Translations under genes and position numbers: made by a program
Shown here: positions 12,165-25,874 of the stretch, one piece after another
How the letters are laid out: each line of letters opens with the position of its first letter
How positions within the stretch are numbered: the first letter of the stretch is position 1
The notes under the pieces: generated by a model
The model's database searches: none
What the model was told of the DNA's origin: nothing
The model's input: only the letters and a program-made list of their open reading frames with translations
Assembly: GCA_964016885.1 (NCBI GenBank)
Contig: OZ024751.1
Span: forward strand, 45,384,001-45,448,000
DNA from: Eledone cirrhosa
Taxonomy: Eukaryota
DNA: 64,000 nt
Direction: 5' to 3'

Positions 12165-12505
12165 CCATTTTATATCTAATTTTATAACACCATTAATTTC
12201 CATGCTTGCATGGGTTAGACAGGTTGTCACATTCTTAGGTTAGTCAGGTGACGATGTCTTGCTCATGCGCCAATATGATTGGATGCCCTTCCTAATATCA
12301 ACCATATTACAGTGTGTACTGGGTGTTTTTTTTTTTATTGTAGCACCAGCTCTACCATTTTACAGGATGGGCTAGGTTTATCATGGCACTATCACTACCA
12401 CTTTACAGGGTAAACTGAGAGTATTTTGTCATGGCACCCACACAACCTCATTACGGAGTGGGCTGGGTATATTTTATCGTGGGACCAACACTACCCCATT
12501 ACCAC
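12165..12505 (-). mobile_element. Degenerate SINE with internal repeats
   Basis: TTTCCATGCTTGCATGGGTTAGAC, GGATGCCCTTCCTAA and repeated ACCA.TTTACAG..TG.ACTGGGTG. Confidence 0.65.
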
Positions 12506-13139
12506 CCGAGGGAGTTCATATTTCTAGCAAATTACACGACCACGTAGAGGTGTCCTTGTTAGTACCTTAGCAAATGAAAATGATTAATGCCAGCAGGATT
12601 CATTAAGCTAGAAGGGAGCTTTTACAAGCTAGCAATAACAAATCACATCCTTAAAAATAATTTAGGACATTGTAGATATATATATATACTATGTTTACGA
12701 AGAAAAGCTGGGATGGTCCCTTTTCAATATCAAAGCTGACCTGAGATAAAACAAAACAAAAAACTCCCTAGACACACAACAAAGATGAAGAATTCAGAGG
12801 TAGTGTTTCAATGACCTGAGATGTTATAAGCAGCTACAGAATAACTTTGGGAGATTATTTAAATGAAAGGCGATAGATAAATAGCTGAGGTTAAAGTAAG
12901 GAAGGGTAGGTGTTAGGAAGGTACAGGTGCAGGGACAGATACAAATAATAAGAATATCCAACATAACAGGTAAGAAAAACGGGTTATAACTGTGACTTCA
13001 CATAAATTACAGATTTTGTATGGTATGAGTAGAAGGAAACAAACACCTTTGATTTCTTAACAGTTTGTTTAGGGGGTTGTTTGTGCGTGTGCGTGTGTGT
13101 GTGTATATGTATATATACACACTGTATTTTTACAGTATA

Positions 13140-13215
13140 TGTATGTCATCTGATGACCGTGATAAACATGCAAAACTCCAGAGTAACAAGATTCACTATT
13201 AAGCCTTAATAAAAT
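13140..13215 (+). ncRNA. Decayed minimal hammerhead-like motif (Penelope/retrozyme-type relic)
   Basis: CTGATGA 13150-13156, eroded stem II, AAAAC, near-palindromic ACTCCAGAGT (ACTCCGGAGT after CpG loss), downstream AATAAA. Confidence 0.4.
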
Positions 13216-13243
13216 GTGTGTGTGTATATATATATATATCTAT

Positions 13244-13577
13244 ATCATCATCATCATTTTACATCTGCTTTTCCCTGCTTGCAAGGGTGGGACGGGAACT
13301 GATTCTGGCTTGATTTCTACAGCAGGATGCCCTTCCTAACACCAACCTCATTTACAGTGAGTGCTGGGTACTTTTTTCCGTGGCGCCTACACGTCCACTT
13401 TGCAGTGGAATGATAGGGACCCCAGTCCTATCATTTCATTTCTACAGCTGAGTAAACTGGAGCAATGTGAAATAAAGTGTCTAGCTCAAGGAAACAACAC
13501 ATCACTCGGGCTGAGAATTGAACTCACAACCTTTCGATTGCAAGACCAATGCTCTAACCACTAAGCCATGTACCTCC
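13244..13577 (-). mobile_element. Young full-length composite SINE (tRNA head + CORE-like + hairpin module + AGGAAGGGCATCC domain + RTE 3' tail) in (TA)n
   Basis: A box TGGCTTAGTGG, B box GAGTTCAATTC; nearly identical to 21522-21858 and 35641-35947; 3' end CCCACCCTTGCAAGCAGGGAAAAGCAGA.GTAAAATGATGATG shared with the RTE at 62365-62862. Confidence 0.92.
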
Positions 13578-13771
13578 ATATATATATATATATATATAAT
13601 AGTTTAAATGAGTTGATAAGACAACCATATAAAGGGAAACAATTATTCAGAGCTCAAATGTGATTTTATAGTCCACAGCAAGATAGGTAGAAGACAATTC
13701 AGAGTTTAATCCAGTCAGTAAATTACCAATGACAGTAGTTTTACATCACAGAGCATATATAAAACATATAT

Positions 13772-13910
13772 ATGAATAAAAATAACCAGGATTAAATTAC
13801 ATTAAATTATTCACGTTTACATTTTCGGAATATTTGGATATGTGGTAAATAATCAGGATTGAATTACATTAAATCAATTAAATAATTTAATCCTGGTTAT
13901 TTTTATTCAT
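13772..13910. repeat. Perfect 28-bp inverted repeat with an 83-bp spacer
   Basis: ATGAATAAAAATAACCAGGATTAAATTA (13772-13799) and its exact reverse complement (13883-13910). Confidence 0.95.
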
Positions 13911-13912
13911 TT

Positions 13913-13944
<32 letters not shown>

Positions 13945-14159
13945 CATACATACACTCAGACATATTTATATATACACATACAATTCAGAGGAAATAACTG
14001 TGATTTTCAGTCTTCAGCTGTATCAGAGTATCATACCCCATGGATTACATCCCAGATTTTGTGTCTTGCATATTTGACCTGAATAACACATTGAGCTTCA
14101 ACACACCTTGTTAAAAAACAAGAGTGGATTTATATATATGTATATATATTGTAATCATT

Positions 14160-14350
14160 GCCACCATCGTTTAATGTCCATTTTCCCATGCCAGTATGGG
14201 TTAGACAAGTTGTCCTGTTGTCAGACAGATGAGATCAGATGACCGTGTCTTGTTCATGTAGAACTGTTTTTGGTTTGGTTTCTACAGCTGGATGCCTTTC
14301 CTAACACCAACCACATTGACAGTGTGGACTGGGTGCTTATGCCACCAACA
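14160..14350 (-). mobile_element. Degenerate SINE 3' half
   Basis: CATCGTTTAATGTCCATTTTCCCATGCCAG..GGGTTAGAC and TTTCTACAGCTGGATGCCTTTCCTAACACCAACC. Confidence 0.75.
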
Positions 14351-15011
14351 CATATCTTCCCCAGCCTTACACATAAAATATAGTTAGCAATGCTTTACAG
14401 AACAGCTTTGCTTTGAACACTCACATCAACTAAAGTAACAATGACAATCAAAAGCCATTCCTTTGAATGTAAAGAGATCTTATATTACATTATAATTGCT
14501 CCCTTATTTACAAGAGGTGATGCTTTGCCAAATATGGTAAAAACTGTATTTGGTAAATATCTTAAAATGGCAGTTCAGTAAATATGGTAAAATACTTGGT
14601 TATATATTTTATGGTTAGTTTAGTGTCTAAAGTTTCTGTGTTCAAATCCCCCTTGGGGGTTGTCTTTGCCTTTCATCTCTCCAGGGGTAGTTAAATAAGT
14701 GCCCTTAAAAATATACTGATCACTTCACTCAAAGAAATATTATGACAACAATTTCTTGTTATGACTGAAATGTCTTGAATATGTTGCAGTCCCTAGAGTG
14801 AGGGTTGTATTGGCATGGAAACTATATTACAATAAACATTCACAAATTATATACACACACACACACACATACATGTGTGATTTGGTTGACTTATGAAGCA
14901 TTGGGAAATTTGAAAATGTAGTTGCCACAATGCACTGAGAACAGAGGTCCATTCCATGTATGCGTATCAGTATGCATCTATGTGTGTGTATATCTATTTG
15001 TGTATGTGTTA

Positions 15012-15092
<81 letters not shown>

Positions 15093-15217
15093 TATATATA
15101 ATCTGAAGGAGTTTGAACCCCCATTTCAACATCTTGTTCCGAACTCATACAAATATATATATATGCATGTGTGTGTGTGTGTGCGTGCAAATATATAAAT
15201 ATACATACATGTGTGTG

Positions 15218-15254
<37 letters not shown>

Positions 15255-16262
15255 CAATAGCTGTCATCAAACCTGTCGTTGTCCATACAAAACTTCCAGT
15301 ATGTTAAGTAGTGAACCTATTCATCTATTATTACCTATCTTTCTGTTTACCTGTCTTTTTGTCCTAACAATAGAGCTTTGTTCCTTAGAAGTCTGATGGC
15401 AGCAAATTGGTAGAGTCGTTAAGGTAATTCACAGCACCAGTGTCATGCCGAATGTCCCTGAGAATTACGTTATGGATACACGTGTCTGTGGAATGTTTGG
15501 TGACTTACACATTAATTTCCTGAGCAGGCTGTTCATCGTTGGAACTGATGGAGGTCCATTGCTATTCCATCTGAGGATAGCTGGAAGTGGCCATGCGGGG
15601 ACTACCTGGCTGGTTTGACATTATATAATACTAAATACCACAGTCTCTTGCCTCCACATTGTAGGTTCAATTCCTGGACTGATTTATGTGACGTGTTCAT
15701 GAGCAAAACAGTTCATTTCACATTGCTCCAGTATACTCAGCTGAAAATGAATACCAGCAATAACCTAGGGGTAGTCTTGTACTCTCAGTCGCTAAACACC
15801 ATCATTACCACGGTGACTACGATTATGAGTGATGGCGATGATGAAAGTAATGGTTACAGTGATGATGATAATGATGATAATGATGGTGATGGCATTAATT
15901 AACATTTAAGAAATCTAACAGCTAGAAGAAGGTGATGGCAATTGCTCAAGACATACATCTATAATCTTACATATATTTCTTCACTTTCCATTACTTACTT
16001 ATAAGGCTTTAAATGTAAAAATCTTAAATGTCAGAAACACTTGATGGAAACTCACCTGCTCATTTGTCACTCTAACAATTCCAACTGTACTGTGTGTGAT
16101 GTACTAGTGAGCCATATATAATGAAGGACTCTTTATGACAGTTTAACATGTGACTTGTCAAAATATTGGGGGGTAGTGTGTGGCAGGAAGAAGAAGAGAA
16201 TAAAGAGAAAACTTAACACTGACATATTCATGTAATTTATGATCTAATAATAACATGTTACT

Positions 16263-17009
16263 TTAACCCTTTTAATAGCAACCTGCCTGAGACTGCATGT
16301 ATCAAAGTGTTCACATTTAAATTAATCTCTCAATTAAAACCTCATAACAGAACTACTAACATGAGCAAACTCAGTTGGTCAATAGTAATATAATATATAG
16401 TAATCATCATGATCATCACTGTCACCACCACCACCATCATACATACGCTTTCCATGTTGGTATGGGTTGAAAGGGTTTAAGAAGGTCAAAATCAGATTTT
16501 ATTGAGAGTCACTACACCTCTCCATCATCCTCATTGCCATCATCACCATACATCTGCTTTCCATGCTGGTATGGGTTGGAAGGGTTCAAGGTACAAGTCA
16601 AATCTTGAGGGTCACTATCCTTCCTCCTCCATCATCATCCTCATACATCTGCTTACCATGCTGATGTGGGTTGAGTGCATTCAACAAGGTCCAAGTCAGA
16701 TTCTATTCAGAATCACTACCCTCCTCTTTGCATTCTGGGTTCAAAACCTGCCAAAGTCAACTTTGCCTTGCATCCTTTTGAGGTGAATAAAAAAAGTACC
16801 AGTCCTGTATTGGGGTTGATCCTTCCTCATCCATCCCTTTATCACCCTCTCCTTCTGTAGAGTGATTTAGTAAGATAACTTTCTCATTATTAAGCTGGTA
16901 TTTGGAGCATCACTGAAAGGTTTTCACATAAAATTATGATGGAAGGGTTTTTAGATAAAAACAGTTTTGTATCATAGAATCAGGGGTGGTTTGGTATCAA
17001 AAGGGTTAA
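16263..17009. mobile_element. piggyBac-type MITE termini (TTAA-CCCTTTT ... AAAAGGG-TTAA) enclosing RTE-tail repeats and a SINE fragment
   Basis: TTAACCCTTTTAATAGCAACC at 16263, GGTTTGGTATCAAAAGGGTTAA ending at 17009; nested SINE domain at ~16730-16820. May be two separate partial elements. Confidence 0.55.
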
Positions 17010-17559
17010 TGAAGCTGTTGAATTCACAAGATAGAAATTAATGGCAAAAGTGTACGTGGGTCGTGGACTTAATTAGTTACACAGTCAGCACTAACATATG
17101 GCACATGAGTACCTGCAGTGGAGTCTATTACAAACATTTAATCCAAATCTTCAGTCTAGGGCTAACTTGATAGCTTTCTCCATTTTTCTCAAATGTATCA
17201 ACAACCCTACACAAAGGTCACTGCCACTACTCTTATTTCTCTGAGGAAGCCATAAAGAAAAACATATAGAAGCCTTAAACATGGACAGAATGTATCAACA
17301 AAGAGATCAATTAAAAATCAATCAATGAATTATTTTTATAACCAAGGATATTGAATTATCATGAGAAACCCCAAAATATAATCAGATATTGATATGGAAA
17401 ATTGTGGAAAAACATAATTCAATAATGAAGTCATCATCATCATCCCCAACACCTCGAACAACCACCACCACGCTAAATTTCAACACATCTGTTTCTCCTT
17501 GCTTACATGGGTTTGACAAAGTATGATATGAATTTTATTAATCCCCTCCAAAAGTCTAA

Positions 17560-17870
17560 AGTCTGTTCAAAGCCCAGAGGCTCATCAGTTCGGTGCTTAT
17601 CCCAGTTTTCATTGGCATTAAGCAGCAGAGTACAAAAAGTCCCACCGGATAGGACAACAGTCCATCACAGAGTTAAGCCCCCAGTTATTGCTGGTACACA
17701 TTTTCAGCCGAGTGCACTGGAGCAATGTGATGTGTTTTGCTCAAGAAAACAACATACAATCCAATCTAGAAATCGAACCCACGACATTATGATCCTAAGT
17801 CCAACACCCTTACCACTAGGCCACACTACATTATGGTCCTAAGACCAACACCCTTACCACTAGGCCATGA
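17560..17870 (-). mobile_element. Older tRNA/CORE-like SINE with duplicated 5' end
   Basis: GAGCAATGTGA..TGTTTTGCTCAAG, AATCGAACCC (B box), CCAACACCCTTACCACTAGGCCA twice. Confidence 0.7.
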
Positions 17871-18545
17871 TTGTAAATGAACTGCACATAAATACTGGGG
17901 TAAAACCGGAATGTGTATCTAATAGTACAGTTACTACAATGTCAATATACACACAAAGAGAGATTGTGAATGAAAGTGTGAAAGAGGAAGAGTGTAAGTG
18001 AGAGATAAAGGGAGAGTTTGTGTGAATGTAAAGCAGAGTGCATGTGTGTAAAAGAAGGAAACAAGAGTTTGTGTATGAATGCCTGTAATAGCTAAGTGGT
18101 TAAGCTGCTGGATTGCTGACCCAAAAGACACGGAAAACTAGCCAAGATCAGTCACATATATACACATGCATGCATGTATGTATGTATGTATATATCAACA
18201 TATACGTTTGTGTGTGTGTATGTATATATATGGTGACTATAAAATATTTCTTGCTATCAAGTTGATCCTGGTTCCTCCTCCAAAGAGAAATTGGTAGCTA
18301 AGTAGAAAGGTCAATGATTGCAGTGAATAAATTACTATATTTAACCTTCATACAAACAAATAAGAGAAAATAAGTTGAACTTTATCTCATCAATTCTCTT
18401 TACTTTATTAATGTCTATCATTATAAGCACCACGTCTTTCAAGTACACAGCTCCATTAAACTACCACGTACATCCTTCCCAAAAATATGGCCATGCGCCA
18501 ATATCACAAATTATTATTATTATTTATCGGTAGATTTAATGGTTG

Positions 18546-18872
18546 GGTGAATTGGCAGTATCGGTAGAGGGTCGAACGCCTTGCTTTGACGCATAGAGTT
18601 ACGGCTCTTGCCATTCTGAGTTCAAATCCTGCCGAAGTTAACTTTGCCTTTTATCCTTATGGGGTCGATAAAATAAAGTACCAGTAATGTACTGGGTCAT
18701 TTGCTGGCCTTGTGCCAATAGTAGAAACAATTATTATTTATCGGTAGAGGGTCGGACACCATGATTTGCAACACAGAGTTATGGCCCTTTACGCCCCGAG
18801 TTCAAACCCCCCCTGGTTAGCTTTGCCTTTCACCCTTACAGGGTCGATAGAGTAGAGTACCAGTAATGCATA
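18546..18872 (+). mobile_element. tRNA-derived SINE with GCCTTTCATCC..GGGGTCGATAAAATAAAGTACCAG domain (Meta/MESC-like): a full copy plus a tandem partial copy
   Basis: GGTGAATTGGCAGTATCGGTAGAG (A box), GAGTTCAAATCC (B box), tail GAAACAATTATT; second copy starts at ~18738. Confidence 0.85.
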
Positions 18873-18996
18873 AAGGTGTAGATTTTATTTACCAAAATTC
18901 CACTCCCATCCTATTATTAATGGTCAATTATTTTTTTTCTGTCTTCTCATAAAAAACCAACCTCTGAAATGTTGATACTTTCTACTATATCAAACA

Positions 18997-19372
18997 TTAA
19001 CCCTTTAGTGTTCAAACCGGCCAGAATTCTCTACCTCTTTCTGTTGAAACTGGCTGTAACCAGTCGCTCAAACTAATGTTAAGGTATTGTTTTCAAAATA
19101 AATACTTTCAAAATCTCATAGATTCGATATTATGTGAGGTAAAGCCTTTACCATTAAAATATAATAGTATATATAAAATAATTGTTTCTACTTTAGGCAC
19201 AAGGCCAGCAATTATCCAGTGCATTACTGGTACTTTTATTTTATCGACCCCGTAAGGATGAAAGGCAAAGTCAACCTCAGCGGGATTTGAACTCAGATCG
19301 TAAAGGGACGTAACTATGCTGGAAAGCATGGCATCCGACCCTCTACCGATACTGTGAATGCTAAAGGGTTAA
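18997..19372. mobile_element. piggyBac-type MITE (TTAA TSD, CCCTTTAG termini), copy A, with nested SINE
   Basis: TTAA-CCCTTTAG at 18997-19008, CTAAAGGG-TTAA at 19361-19372; interior homologous to 58444-58772. Confidence 0.8.
19177..19354 (-). mobile_element. Meta-like SINE nested in MITE copy A
   Basis: Nearly identical to 29733-29918; lacks only the first few 5' bases. Confidence 0.9.
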
Positions 19373-19909
19373 ACATATATATCAACTAAGGCTATAAAAA
19401 AATACTTGCTCAACGTGCAGTGTCGAGGGATTGAACCTGAAACCATGTGATTATAAAGTGAACTTCATCACACAGCTCCTCCCCCACATTACTTGACACC
19501 TATATATAAAAAAATGTGGGTTAGTGGTTTCCATCAACCAACAGAGAGCTAGATTTCTCAGTGTGTTCTGTGTTATCTGAACAAATATCCAAATAGACAA
19601 TAGAGGCAGACAAACATACATTTATATGGCCTAATATTGAAACAAATTAAGATCAATTTGTTTTAGTCCCTAGTTTCTTGAGTTGTGGTAGGAATGTAGG
19701 TGTGAAAGGTGGGGGTTTAGGGGGGAGGGAGCCAGAAAGAAATATAGAAGAAATACAGAAAAAAAAAAGAAATGACAGGCAGAAAGAAAAGAAAGAAAGA
19801 AGGGAAAGAAAGATGGGGAAAGAAAAGAAAACAAACAAATGAGGGAAAAGAAAATGTCACATTTTAGGATCAGATGGAAAAAAAAGAAAGAAAGAAATCA
19901 AATATTTAA

Positions 19910-20228
19910 GGGAATAATGGGAGTTGTTTAATTACAGGTTAACCCTTAAAAGGGAAATCTAGTGATAGGTGTTGTTTAGTACCCTTACTAAAAGAAAATC
20001 TAGTAATAGGTGTTGTTTAGTACCAGGTTAACCCTTATTGGGCAAATCTAGAGATAGAGGTTGTTTAGTTACAGGTTAACCCTTATTAAGGAAATCTAGT
20101 AACGGGAGTTGTTTAATAACAGGTTAACCCTTATTGGGAAAATCTAATGATAGGGGAGGTTTAGTCACAGGTTAACTCCTATTAGGAAAATCTAGTAATA
20201 GATGTTTAATCCTAGGTTAACCCTTACT
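19910..20228. repeat. Diverged ~48-bp tandem repeat, about 7 units
   Basis: GGAAATCTAGT.ATAGG.GTTGTTTAGTTACAGGTTAACCCTTATT. Confidence 0.85.
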
Positions 20229-20675
20229 ATAAACATTTGAACTAACAAACATGTTTTTAAGCATTTCCTGATAAATCAGTACAGAATGTTAAGAGTTAAG
20301 ATGGTAGGATGTGGTTTGAAGGAATTTCGGCTGTTATTTCTAGCAGACTGAGCAACAGCATAGATAGTCCTGAAGGGGAGAGGGAGTAGTAAGATGGGTT
20401 GGATTGGTTGTTATTGTCTGGTTCATGTATGTGTATTTATACCTTCCCATTTTGTGTCCAGGTTTCTCACCAAGTCAAAGTTAGACAGGTCATCACTGAC
20501 CAAATCAGTCCTTAATCAGAGCTACTAAGCTCTCAGATGAGCCAAGACCCCTTCTTGCTTATACACACACACACGTGTGCATGAACCCCTTCCTTTCCAC
20601 ACATCTTTCAGAATCAATAGCTTTTTTTTTTTATTCAAAAATATATATCTGAGAGAGAAGAGAACATAGGGCCAG

Positions 20676-20735
20676 GTTGTCATGGCAACCACTGGGAGAG
20701 AAGAGAAGAACATAGTGCCAGGTTGTTATGGTAAC
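20676..20735. promoter_or_regulatory. Pair of RFX X-box-like palindromes in a 46-bp tandem duplication
   Basis: GTTGTCATGGCAAC (20676-20689) and GTTGTTATGGTAAC (20722-20735). Confidence 0.4.
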
Positions 20736-21521
20736 CAATGTTGTCACTATTTTATGTTTAAAGAAAAAAAACTATAGGATCAAATAGTCTTGATTTGTTT
20801 CCAATATGTTGCTGTCATCTGTCAAACTACATCATCACTACCACCACCACACCCACCATAATCATTAACACCACCAACATCACCACTGTTATCACCACCA
20901 CCACCATTGTTGGCTTCTCAATTGTGTTTGTGGTTTGGAATTATTAAAGACCAATCAATTTACACAATCATTGACAAGGTCAGTTAGAATCAACATAACT
21001 TGGAGATTTCTTAAGGTACCAACTACAATTGGTAATAGTATCACATTGGAACAATCTAATAGAGTCCTTTTACAAACAATGTCCTTGGTAATAAGAAGCT
21101 ATTGTATTCTAAATATAGAAAATTCTAATCCAAGCTCACTGTTTGTTTTGGCATAAAGAACTCGTATACAAGGTGAACCAAAAGTTGTGCTAGTAGTTGA
21201 AAAAGTATTTTATTATATATTACTTCATTAAGAATTGGTTGCTGTTATGTCATTTCATGTAGATGTGATATTTCTGGGGGGTAATGTTGGTGCCACAATA
21301 AAAACACACAACCCATTCTGTAAAATAGTAGTGTTGGTGCTTTGACAAAAAGCATCCAGTCAATTTAGTAGAAAACCTAACCCAAAATGGAACGTATGAG
21401 CAAGCCATACATGATGTTGAGTGCTTAAACTGTGTTGCATCATTATTCACTGATTGGTGTGTTGCATGTGCAACCCCGATTAGTCAACATGTTTACTGTA
21501 AGTATATATATATATATATAT

Positions 21522-21858
21522 ATCATCATCATCATCATTTTACGTCTGCTTTTCCCTGCTTGCAAGAGTGGGACGGGAACTGAATCTGGCTTGATTTCTA
21601 CAGCTGGATGCCCTTCCTAACACCAACCTCATTTACAGTGAGTGCTGGGTGCTTTTTTGCCGTGGCGCCTCCACGTCCACTTTGCAGTGGAATGATATGG
21701 ACCCCAGTCCTATCATCTCATTTCTACAGCTGAGTAAACTGGAGCAATGTGAAATAAAGTGTCTTGCTCAAGGAAACAACACATCACCCGGTCTGAGAAT
21801 TGAACTCACAACCTTTCGATTGCAAGGCCAATGCTCTAACCACTAAGCCATGTGCCTC
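21522..21858 (-). mobile_element. Young full-length composite SINE (same family as 13244-13577) in (TA)n
   Basis: Near-identical by eye to 13244-13577. Confidence 0.92.
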
Positions 21859-21883
21859 AATATATATATAATATATATATATA

Positions 21884-22020
21884 GTGGCTGCCAACTCGTT
21901 TTCGAGTACGGCCACCACTTTATATCCATGTAGGAGAACCCCTACCGATGCGCTGAACGAGTGTGACTTTTTAGTCCAGCCAGCGACTTGAAAACTCTGG
22001 TACAAACACTACACTTGTGA
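21884..22020 (-). mobile_element. 3' end of an RTE-clade LINE with C-terminal C2H2 finger and short 3' UTR
   Basis: HKCSVCTRVFKSLAGLKSHTRSAHR* (C-x2-C-x12-H-x4-H), then a 3' stem-loop GTGGCCGTACTCGAAAACGAGTTGGCAGCCAC and a TA tail. Confidence 0.7.
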
Positions 22021-23274
22021 CAATTATTGACACAGTGCTGGGCCCATGGTACCATGTGACGACAAGTGCAGAGAGATCTCCAGATATAAAGCAATGCCTG
22101 TGCCGTGAAGCTTTTATAGTGAGCAAAGGCACTGCACAAAGCCAGTCCCACTCTCTTAACCAAGATGATATTTACCAAAAAGAACAAGTCAACATCATTG
22201 GATACCATACATACATACATACATACAAACACACAAATTTGTTGTATTCCAGGTGATATAATTTTCTGCAAGTTATACTACAATGACACAAACTTAAAAC
22301 ATGGTGCCTCTGTTTCTTCATTCACACACACACACACAATAACCCATTAACCACCCATCCATCCACCCACTCACCTATCTGTAGCAGTGTTCTTCAATAC
22401 AATACAGCTTACAACTAAACCAATGTGATGATCTGATTGTAAGCTAAGCTAATTACGTTATTATCGTTAATTAAATAAAAAAGCTAGACAAGAAACAGAT
22501 TTTTTAGATGATTACCAATTCACTGAAACACACACACGCATGCAAACACACATACATATATACATGCACGTATGCAAACACACACACATACAGATACACT
22601 ATTTCATTATAAGATTCTGACAGAACCTGTTCTTATCAATGAAGTTATCTTCTCACTGTGTTAGATTCTTATCAGAAACACCATCTTTTCTATGTAGAAG
22701 TCATGTGTGTGTGTGTGCCAATGTGTGTGTGTGTACATGCCTGCGTGTTTTTGTGTGTATGTGTCTGTGTTTGATCCAGTGACAGAGTTTCCAGTAACAC
22801 AGATAAGCCTCTATGTGGTTGCACAAAAATGCTAGAAAAACTAGTAAAATCTCCCTCATATCATAACATAGTGCCGGAAAAATAAAACAAAAAGAAGAAA
22901 GAAAGGCTATTTTATAACTTAGTGAGAAGGAAAGGGGCAGGAGGTATTACTTTTATGAAAAAATATTGTTTATCCTCCAAGTAAAATATTCCATTTTGGT
23001 AGTCTCTGTCAACATCATCATTTAACACCCACTTTCCCTTGTTAGAAAGGGTGGGTCAGGTTTACATTGATCAAGTCAGTACTGAAGCAAGGTTACGGAC
23101 CTCCCAGACAAGTCATTTGTTAAATTTGTTTGATTTATTTAATTAATACAGTTCTATATACACATACTTTCTCTCTCACACACACACGAATATACTGCTT
23201 AATGTGTACACACATTCTCTCTCACACACACGTGTGTTGTAGCTAGCCTATGAACTTTTCAACTGAACCTCATA

Positions 23275-23503
23275 TATGCAAAAAGTAAACAGAAACAAAA
23301 CAAACGACACAGTACAATGAAGAAATATATCAGTTAAACACTTGGTATAGAAGAAAAAAATCTTAACGTTTGGACTCTAGTCCTTCATCAGATGATAGAA
23401 TAAGAAATAAAAGATGAAATAAAAAGATAAAGAGTAAGAAGTGGATGGAACTGAAAACAATTTTTTTTTATAGAATAAACACGTGTATTCAGTCAGCCAT
23501 TTT
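23275..23503 (-). mobile_element. Penelope-like terminal-repeat relic with decayed minimal hammerhead
   Basis: Minus core CTGATGA-A-GGAC-TAGA-GTCC-AAACGTT (23391-23365); homologous to 48958-49187 and partly to 11270-11360. Confidence 0.6.
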
Positions 23504-24349
23504 AAACCCAGCTAACATTTTCATTCTTTTGAGACAACAGTTTCAGAGGATAAACATTTCCAAAATAGCCTACATTCATTTACATTTATAGATTTGGAGA
23601 AAATTTATGTCTTTCTTTTTAATTGTATAGGAAATTCCAACACTGCTCGGTTATCAGCACTTGCATGACTCCCCTGTTATCCAATTGCTATGGAGATAGA
23701 TCAGACTGGTTCTTGGAGTTATCAAGCATTTCCATGAGTAGCAACAAACGCCAAACGTTTGCGTGACTTGCTCACCTTTTACTGGAAAATGTCTGAGGAG
23801 AATATTGAGTGATGCCATGACATACCATACACCCAAACACTTAACATTTTCTCCACATTTATTAAAACTTTACTACATGTCTCTGTTAGTTTAGAGATGT
23901 TATGTTAGATTCACTTGTATTTTACATGGCAACTTTTATTTTGTCAGACTGATTCAATATGATTTTTTAAAGTTGATCATAAGCCTACTTGATCAGTGCT
24001 GACCTGAGCCTAAACACCAACAATATCGCCACTCATACACCACTAACAGAGTTTCTGATGCAGTTTTGGGATTGGGGAAGGGTTTAAATATATATACTGT
24101 ATATATAAATTATTAATATTAGCTCACGGTTCTTATCACCAATACGAGACTAAGAAAGAAATTAAAAACAATCATACTAACATATTTAGATTCAATAGAA
24201 AAACGAAAGATCATTCAACAAGTTTCCACATTATTGGAGGGGCTTAAGCCCAAAAAGCCCCCTAGTGCCGGAAGGCTTGACTAATGGTTGGATGATCTGT
24301 AGAAATAGCAGATAAGCTATTTATTTACAGACCCTACCATAGGATAGTG

Positions 24350-24625
24350 GAGGTCCATGGCCTGGTGGTGAAGGTGTTGGACTTATGATCATAATGTCAT
24401 AGGTTCAATTCCTGGACTGAGTTGTGTGTTGTGTTCTTGAGCAAAACGTTTATTTCATGTTGCTCCACTATGCTCAGTTGAAAATAAGTACTAGCAATAG
24501 CTGGGGGTTTAACACTGATGGATGGACTAGTTCAGAGGAAAGTCTTGTACTCTTAGTCGCTTCAATCCATGGAAACTGGGATATGCACTGGCCTGATAAG
24601 CTTCTGGGCTCAAGACGGACTTTAG
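24350..24625 (+). mobile_element. Older tRNA/CORE-like SINE
   Basis: TGGCCTGGTGG A box, GGTTCAATTCC B box, TTCTTGAGCAA, 3' part related to 715-830. Confidence 0.7.
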
Positions 24626-25295
24626 ACATTTTTTAGATTGCCATAGGGAAAAACATTGGATAATGTTGTTCTAGATACACTATGTCTAAAATAAAAGAGG
24701 ATGGGTTCCGGCTGGAATGCATTCGACACACACATACACAACTTCTCTGAGATAAAGTGAAGTAGAGTATCAGTAACCAGGTAATACATTTTCTCTTTCA
24801 CACAGAGTAAATAGGAAGGACCAAGTCCATAACAATTTTCAGTCTCCTGAGACTGGTAAGAGAGAGGGAGGAAAGTTTGTGATGACATGACTAGAACACT
24901 ACCACATCACCAATACTATATCAACACCAACCACTCTATGATTCTCCTAACAATAATTTCACCAACAATAATTATAAAGACTGTATAGATAAAAAATTAT
25001 TATTCTACAGGCACAATTAAGGGTTTTCAATAGCTCATACAAATACCTAAAATTTATGCATTTAAAAAAAAAAAATGAAAAAGAAAACTAATGGGAAACA
25101 AAAAAAAATATGAATAAAAATTCCATCTTTTATAATCTTTTGTATCATCCCTCCTCCACACCCACAGCACACTTTACAAATAAAAATATCTGCATGTCAA
25201 TTTAGAAAGAATTTTAATAGAATCTACTTTTAAATAGAATTTTGTTTCATTTGAATTTGCATGAAAATATTTAGTAATTCCACTGTTGACTTTGT

Positions 25296-25874
25296 ATGGA
25301 ACGTGGTGACTTTGGTAGAGATAAACCTTTATATGGAAACCTATACCATACTATGCCATATGGTGGTGGCTTTGGTAGAGATAGCAAACCATTATATGGA
25401 AACCTATACCATACTATGCCATATGGTGGTGGCTTTGGTAGAGATAGCAAACCGTTATATGGAAACCTATACCATACTATGCCATATGGTGGTGGCTTTG
25501 GTAGAGATAGCAAACCGTTATATGGAAACCTATACCATACTATGCCATATGGTGGTGGCTTTGGTAGAGATAAACCTTTATATGGAAACCTATACCATAC
25601 TATGCCATATGGTGGTGGCTTTGGTAGAGATAGCAAACCATTATATGGAAACCTATACCATACTATGCCATATGGTGGTGGCTTTGGTAGAGATAGCAAA
25701 CCGTTATATGGAAACCTATACCATACTATGGCATATGGTGGTGGCTTTGGTAGAGATAGCAAACCGTTATATGGAAACCTATACCATACTATGCCATATG
25801 GTGGTGGCTTTGGTAGAGATAGCAAACCGTTATATGGAAACCTATACCATACTATGGCATATGGTGGTGACTGA
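25296..25874 (+). repeat. 63/60-bp minisatellite, 9 homogeneous units; open frame encodes (MPYGGGFGRD[S]KPLYGNLYHT)n
   Basis: Unit GGTGGTGGCTTTGGTAGAGAT[AGC]AAACCNTTATATGGAAACCTATACCATACTATG(C/G)CATAT; diverged units continue to ~26125. Coding status unproven. Confidence 0.95.

Noticed and set aside
21942-22271. C2H2 zinc-finger gene
   Set aside because: Single finger with no TGEKP linker, followed by a stop, a 3' stem-loop and a TA tail; better explained as an RTE C-terminus.
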